Positions 59,201-64,000 of a DNA stretch of 64,000 nt are shown here, piece by piece. The notes under the pieces are model-generated. The model made no database searches and was not told where the DNA came from. It worked only from the letters and a program-made list of their open reading frames with translations. Numbering within the stretch: the stretch's first letter is position 1; each line of letters opens with the position of its first letter. Location of the stretch: positions 124,001 to 188,000 of IMG/VR virus record IMGVR_UViG_3300025000_000053, one strand, 5' to 3'. A program made the position numbers and the translations under genes.

Positions 59201-62200
59201 CATTATCTTTTGGTATTATCGGAGCTGGTAGTGGGTTATTAATGGGTGGTAAGTTAGGTTTATTAGGTTCATTATTTCTTCCTGGTGGTCCTATTGGTGG
59301 AGCTATTGTTGGTACCACAGTTGGTTTCTTATCTCAATCAGATAGATTTAAAGATTGGTTATTTGGTTCTAAAGATATTAATAATAATCGTATTGGTGGT
59401 TTTATTAATAAGAAAACTCAAGAGTTCTTTAAAAAAAATAAAGTTGGTATCGTTGGTGGTGCCAGTTTAGGAGCTCTTAAATCTATATTAGGATTTGGAT
59501 TATTACCCTCGTTCTTTTTACCTGGTGGTCCTATTGGTGGTGCATTATTTGGTGCCGGTTTATCAATGTTAGTTAGTTCAGAGAAATTTAAGAAATTTAT
59601 GTTTGGGGATTTACAAGCAGACGGAAATAGAATTGGTGGAATAGCTCAAAAAATATTTGGTAAAGTTGATAGAAATAAAGCTAAAAAGATGTTTGGTAAT
59701 GTTAGTGCTGGTATAATAGGTGGAGCTGGTATAGGATTCGTAACTAGTAAATTTGGTTTATTAGGTGCCGCTTTATTACCAGGTGGTCCTTTAGGTGGAG
59801 CCTTATTAGGTGCCGCCGCCGGTATTGCTCTATCTTCTGAAAAATGGAAGAAGTTAGTATTTGGTGAATTTGATGATGAAACTCAATTAAGAAAAGGTGG
59901 TTTATTAGGTAAAGTTATTAATTGGACTAATTTAGAAATTCTTCAACCTATTAAAATTAAATTACAAGAAATAAATTTAAATGTTAAAGAATGGTTTACA
60001 AGAAGTATTGCTAACCCATTTCTTAATGCAATTGATCCAATTAAACATGAAATAAAATTAATGATACGTAGTTTAAAAGATAATTTTGTAGAAGGTTGGA
60101 CTAGTTTTAAAGTTTTTATTGGTAATGTATTTGAAAAACATGTAGGTGCACCTTTTGGTAAATTTATGGAAGATAGAGTTATGAAACCATTAAGAGGATT
60201 TATATCAAAAATATTAGGTGGGATTGGTAGAATTGTTGGTAGTATTGTATCAGCACCATTTAAAGGTATGGAAGGTTTATCAAGAGGATTAAATAGAAAA
60301 CATATGCAAGCTGGTTTAGATGCATATGTTGAAGAAGGTTGGAGTGATTTATTAGATTTTAAAGGTAGAAGACAACGTGGAGAAAAAATAGGTTTCTTTG
60401 GTGGATTAAAGAAATTTAAAGATATTTATTTTAATAGAGAAGCTAGAGAGGACGCTAAAAATAGTAGTAAAGGTGCTCCATATTCTAAGCAATTAGAAAT
60501 TGATAGACAAAAACGTGAAGAAGAGGCTAATACTAAATTTTCCAATGAAAGAGAAAACATAAGAAAAATGTGGAGTTCTTGGAGAGATAGAAAAAGAGCT
60601 GGTGCTGATAATAATTATGATAATTTTAGTCCTGATGGTAAAGTTGTTAAAAACCAGTATTACCCTCCAGATGAACAAAGAGTAGATAGAAATTCACCTA
60701 ATCCAATTAATGATGTTACAGATGATATAACTAGAAGAACTGGTAGGAAAGGAAGAAGAGGTAAACCTAATCCTAAACCTGTAAATGATCAAAGTGTAAT
60801 TATATTACCTGGTTCAGTTCAACAAGATGACACATCAACGATTGTTGATGATGTTACAGATGTTATCTATAGAAGAACTGGAAATAGATCAAATAGTAGA
60901 AGAGGAAAAAAATCAACAACATCCCCACAACCTATTATTAATCAAAATGAACAACAATCTGAAGAGTCATCACAACCAATTATTAATCAAAATCAACCAC
61001 CTAGTAAAAAACCATCTACTACAAGAATTAAATCATCTAATGAATTATTACTACAGATAGCTACTGATGTAAGAACTATTGCTAAAGAAGTTAATGGTCA
61101 ATTAGATGGTGTTGGTGGTAATGTTTATAAAATAAGAAAATTAATTCAATCACAACAAGGTATATCAGATGAAGATTTAAGTGGTGAATCGAATAGAGAT
61201 AGGATTGGATTCTTTGGTAAAATAAGAAGAATGTTATATAGACCAATAGATACTATTAAAGAGAAAGTATTAGGTTCTATTAAATTTGTAACTGATAAAA
61301 TTACTTCTGTAGGTAAAACAATATTTGATTTTAGTAAAACAATATTGGTTACTATACCTAAACAAATATTTTCAACTATGTACAATATAGGTTCTGAAAT
61401 ATTATCAATCGGAAAAGAAACTTTTCTTAATATAATTAAATTACCTGGTCAATTATTGAATTTATTTGCTCAAACCACAAAAATATTTGCTGAATCAATT
61501 AAAATGATATCACCTGCTATTGGGGAAACTCTTAAAGGTGTTGCCAAATTATTCTCAGGTACAATGGGAATGATCGCTGAATCAATGATAGGTGTTGGTA
61601 AAGGTATTGGTCAAGTTGCTTTTAGTATTGGTGAGGCTATTGGCTCAATAATATCTACTTTTAGTAAAGGTTTGATGAGTGTAGTTCCAGTAGTAGGTAA
61701 ATTTTTATTGACATCTAGTAAGATGATTATGGATTTCGGATTTGGTATAATTAAGAATGTTGGTGGTTTATTAACAAGTATTACTAAATCTTTATTTAGT
61801 ATAGCAACATCACCAATTAGATTTGCAGCGGATATGCTTGGTAGAGCTGTAGGTATTAAGAGATCTGAAATGTATATTACAGGTGGTGTTATTGATGTAG
61901 TTAGAAGGATTGGTGATAATACCTCTGACTTTACACAAAAACCAAAAGATGATAATAGAAGTAATATATTTGATAATTCAGATAATGTTGTTATGCCAGT
62001 AAGAGTAGATGGTGTTACTTCAGTTAGAATTGTTGGTTCGGATAGACCAATTCCTATTTATTTTAATATGAATATGAATCAAAATCAACGTAGAAGTAAT
62101 TCATTTAATAATAATATATCAGGATTGCCTAATTCAATTAATACGGGAAATAATAATTATTTAGTTTCTTCATTAACGAATGCACTTGATATATTTGATA

Positions 62201-64000
62201 CAGAAAATGATAAAGAAGAAGAAAATAAACGAATAGAAAAAGAAAGAGAAAAAGAATTATATCAAAACCAACTCGAAGTTTCTAAAAAAACATCAGGGTT
62301 CTTAATAGCTCAAAATAATTTAAGAAATGAAAAAGATTTTACTAGAAATAATGAAATAAGACAGACATCATTATTGCAACAAATTGCAAATATATCAAAA
62401 AATCAACATGAAAGTTGGTTATCACTATTTGGTAAGAAAGGTATTTTAACAGTTGCCTTTTTATTAACACTACCATATTTAGAAAAAATATTTAAATGGA
62501 TTAAGGGATTTTTTGGTGGTGATGATGATACTGGTATTGGAGGTGGTATATCTACTGTTGTTAAAAAGGCATTAGGTTTAATAGAAAAAAACGATGGTAG
62601 TCGTAAAGATGCTGAAGATAAAGATATTATAAATGCTCAGGGTAGAGAAAGTTATATTAAAGGTACCGCTGTTTTAGCAAGAAGATATAGTCCTAAGTTA
62701 GTAAAAGCAATAGAAAAAGGTAAAGATAAAATAGCGAATTCTAATATTGTAAAAAATGTTACTAGATATGGTTCAAATTTAAAAAATGCTTTTAATCCAT
62801 CAAGTACTGTCAGAGGTGGAACTATTGATGCATCTTTCAAGGTTACTGATGATACTGGTAAAATAATTAAAGAAGTTACTGTAAATGATTCAAATAAAAT
62901 TATTCAAGCTATTAAGAATACTTTTGAGAGATTTTTTAATAATTCATTTGTTAAGAAACTATTAGGTTCATCTGCTGGTAAAATAGCTAGTAAAATAATA
63001 AATGAAGTTACTAAAGTATTAAATTATAAGACTATGTTTAATAATATGGCTAAATTATCAAAGGCTTTTTTAAGAACAGGTGTTATTATGTTTGCTGCCC
63101 CTGTAATAATATCTTGGGATTTAGCTACAGGTGCCTATGAAGCATCAAGAATATTTAAAGTTGCAAATGAATCTGTTGATGGTAAAATGCAAATAGCTTC
63201 TTCTGTAACTAAAGCATTAATAGGATTCTTCCCAGTAATTGATATTTTATCAGAAATATTTAATGAGCAGACTGGTATGAGTTTAAAACAATATGTTGCA
63301 ACAACTATTTATTCAATGTTAGCATCAACAGAAGAAATTAAAAAATTAGAAGTAGATAAAAAAGCTTTTGAGCAAGATAAAAATGAGTATAATGAAAAAA
63401 ATAAAACTAAACTATCATTAAATGCATATAATGATATGAAAAATAAAACGTTCTTCCAGAAATTTATTAGTAATCCCTTATCAAAAACTAAAGATTTTAT
63501 TGTGAAAACAGGAAGCAGTATCAGTAATAGTCTATCTGAAAATTGGGATAATTTTAAAGGTGGTTTTAGTAAAGGTTTTAAAATGATGGGTGATGATGTT
63601 TCTAATGCAATGTCTAAAACACCTGAAATGATTAAAACATTTAAGGATACATTATCTAAAAATTGGAAAGAACTAAAAGATAATAGCGAAAAACAATGGA
63701 ATAATATGAAAGGCTTTGTTTCTAAATCTTTAAAGGATACTAATAATACGTTGGGTATATTATTTGGATATAAAGATGAAGAAGGAAATGATGTTAGTTT
63801 TACAGAAGGATTTAATAAAGGATTTAAAGGACTTATAAAAAGCATTAGAGATAGTTGGAAAGATATTGGTGATGGTGCTAAATTTTATTGGGATAATACA
63901 AAAGCATTCACAGAAAGAAAATGGAAAGAATTAAGTGAGAAATTACCAAAGGCATTTGAAAGTTTAGATAACTGGTTAGGTGAACTATTAGGATTTAAAG
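56221..64000 (+). CDS. Giant virion protein (tape-measure/tail-associated-like), >2590 aa, 3'-truncated by the window edge; absent from the ORF track
   Basis: RBS AAAGGGG and TTG at 56221 (MDIKNKTKIKTKSPTALNWF). Frame open wherever spot-checked, through to 64000. Helical composition, Gly-rich LPGGP(I/L)GGA repeats, late promoter at 56171-56182. Confidence 0.75.
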   Translation, partial: MDIKNKTKIKTKSPTALNWFKNVGKSLGYTTTELIEEMIPAPIEFIKSNTQTFKNFYDELRKNKSINKKLSDQMIKNEYINIGQTAIKNALKDIKSGKIYNKDRQDEIFNDDIDFEFGDDINFDNEDYKVSSDTTSESSTSSSSPTINRVNITSNINRNNPMVRAVERQTEAIYNTTQASDKISISLATNHMMINRKVGEDINTGLSAINDNLSLLVNFQSESMTKYIGTTFKYYEESLNVFNNIHEQMKKGTITVDDKTGKEKFDPMESVFLSRGGLNLSGYANLIKKQFGTAVDQDMILSQLKYMLSDKDQLKFLAASPISFLSTKIVTAFIPSMLKQTLTSMNKSFENFFPALLMKANRMVGSQNPILNFLGQVFGINVKQKSSVDLSQYNKGKTAFDGYTKKAITEVIPGYLRKILAALNGKEEVAFDYDNGVFKSMDSMNKDFQSTVNRSILSSFSDVMNEIKDKANAFNIQNDEERKKFNKDLESFFLKLPSLNKLINPIRTKDNDGNSINELKTVHDFGSEEMNNFFRQLVLSLDKGDIQKMFGTDVLNARKNKEKIYNDAELNPLRYNAALINNQLNFDDHIKRNKYNKSQFEVKKGFGVLSKTDQFNKIDLDYLRDIKEILLRGIKVFPVTQIINPDGSISQPSFEYHDTQLRRMRSQERERDRKFKVKPQQDTEITPELERINRQQGKRIVNRLSDSDITPEEMREQIRVFDEQRRSDSERDRRQQSGWLGSFISGDMQTKYNLLREKVRDIFNTPAKLLNTVFKKIDETMFKIVFGDDDKGNSSFLNRTWSLMQSNFQKMSEWFKDKIFNPIRESLFGPNGFITKLKNSELFTKIKSNFSKLTDFLFGLKDSTGKRKGGMFSDTSNHLLDIFDSAKYYFTGKAYINRSGLSFPTNNKSVFGELKSMFSGFKDTIKSYLFGRRNQDGNIQETGILSTAINSIKDGFQNFSNAIFGPQKIGGKDNKNYVIVSDLFKKFKERLPKSLSFGIIGAGSGLLMGGKLGLLGSLFLPGGPIGGAIVGTTVGFLSQSDRFKDWLFGSKDINNNRIGGFINKKTQEFFKKNKVGIVGGASLGALKSILGFGLLPSFFLPGGPIGGALFGAGLSMLVSSEKFKKFMFGDLQADGNRIGGIAQKIFGKVDRNKAKKMFGNVSAGIIGGAGIGFVTSKFGLLGAALLPGGPLGGALLGAAAGIALSSEKWKKLVFGEFDDETQLRKGGLLGKVINWTNLEILQPIKIKLQEINLNVKEWFTRSIANPFLNAIDPIKHEIKLMIRSLKDNFVEGWTSFKVFIGNVFEKHVGAPFGKFMEDRVMKPLRGFISKILGGIGRIVGSIVSAPFKGMEGLSRGLNRKHMQAGLDAYVEEGWSDLLDFKGRRQRGEKIGFFGGLKKFKDIYFNREAREDAKNSSKGAPYSKQLEIDRQKREEEANTKFSNERENIRKMWSSWRDRKRAGADNNYDNFSPDGKVVKNQYYPPDEQRVDRNSPNPINDVTDDITRRTGRKGRRGKPNPKPVNDQSVIILPGSVQQDDTSTIVDDVTDVIYRRTGNRSNSRRGKKSTTSPQPIINQNEQQSEESSQPIINQNQPPSKKPSTTRIKSSNELLLQIATDVRTIAKEVNGQLDGVGGNVYKIRKLIQSQQGISDEDLSGESNRDRIGFFGKIRRMLYRPIDTIKEKVLGSIKFVTDKITSVGKTIFDFSKTILVTIPKQIFSTMYNIGSEILSIGKETFLNIIKLPGQLLNLFAQTTKIFAESIKMISPAIGETLKGVAKLFSGTMGMIAESMIGVGKGIGQVAFSIGEAIGSIISTFSKGLMSVVPVVGKFLLTSSKMIMDFGFGIIKNVGGLLTSITKSLFSIATSPIRFAADMLGRAVGIKRSEMYITGGVIDVVRRIGDNTSDFTQKPKDDNRSNIFDNSDNVVMPVRVDGVTSVRIVGSDRPIPIYFNMNMNQNQRRSNSFNNNISGLPNSINTGNNNYLVSSLTNALDIFDTENDKEEENKRIEKEREKELYQNQLEVSKKTSGFLIAQNNLRNEKDFTRNNEIRQTSLLQQIANISKNQHESWLSLFGKKGILTVAFLLTLPYLEKIFKWIKGFFGGDDDTGIGGGISTVVKKALGLIEKNDGSRKDAEDKDIINAQGRESYIKGTAVLARRYSPKLVKAIEKGKDKIANSNIVKNVTRYGSNLKNAFNPSSTVRGGTIDASFKVTDDTGKIIKEVTVNDSNKIIQAIKNTFERFFNNSFVKKLLGSSAGKIASKIINEVTKVLNYKTMFNNMAKLSKAFLRTGVIMFAAPVIISWDLATGAYEASRIFKVANESVDGKMQIASSVTKALIGFFPVIDILSEIFNEQTGMSLKQYVATTIYSMLASTEEIKKLEVDKKAFEQDKNEYNEKNKTKLSLNAYNDMKNKTFFQKFISNPLSKTKDFIVKTGSSISNSLSENWDNFKGGFSKGFKMMGDDVSNAMSKTPEMIKTFKDTLSKNWKELKDNSEKQWNNMKGFVSKSLKDTNNTLGILFGYKDEEGNDVSFTEGFNKGFKGLIKSIRDSWKDIGDGAKFYWDNTKAFTERKWKELSEKLPKAFESLDNWLGELLGFK

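Noticed and set aside
58218-63845. Track ORFs inside the giant gene (58218, 59285, 60493, 60827, 61146, 62652, 63309)
   Set aside because: Antisense or off-frame shadows of the long frame starting at 56221
1-64000. Stop-codon reassignment or a bacterial chromosome origin
   Set aside because: Code 11 gives dense, full-length genes ending in TAA, TAG and TGA; split phage-type RNAPs, virion genes and phage promoters argue against host DNA

Overview
Very AT-rich segment of a jumbo tailed-phage genome of the AR9/PBS1/phiKZ-like type (phage-encoded split multisubunit RNA polymerases). GGAGG/AGGGG ribosome sites and an anaerobic RNR point to a low-GC anaerobic Firmicute host. The window holds three RNAP subunit genes: a beta' N-part with NADFDGD, a beta' C-part, and a ~1370-aa beta part. 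It also holds nrdD, thyX, tmk, a dCMP deaminase, RNase H, a full-length polyphosphate kinase 1, several phosphohydrolases, baseplate/tail-type genes and the start of a >2590-aa virion protein missing from the ORF track. I resolved five group I introns to the nucleotide: one in beta'N, one in nrdD and three in beta. Two of the beta introns flank a 20-nt micro-exon that encodes active-site residues. The third carries an antisense orphan gene with its own early promoter inside its P6 loop. Two promoter classes (TATATATTAT; AACA-N6-TA) partition the genes. Two late genes have RBS-sequestering hairpins that are bypassed by an internal late promoter. A ~650-nt ORF-free transcription unit (45282-45935, minus strand) looks like an undescribed large structured RNA. 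All product calls come from motifs read by eye; no searches were run.
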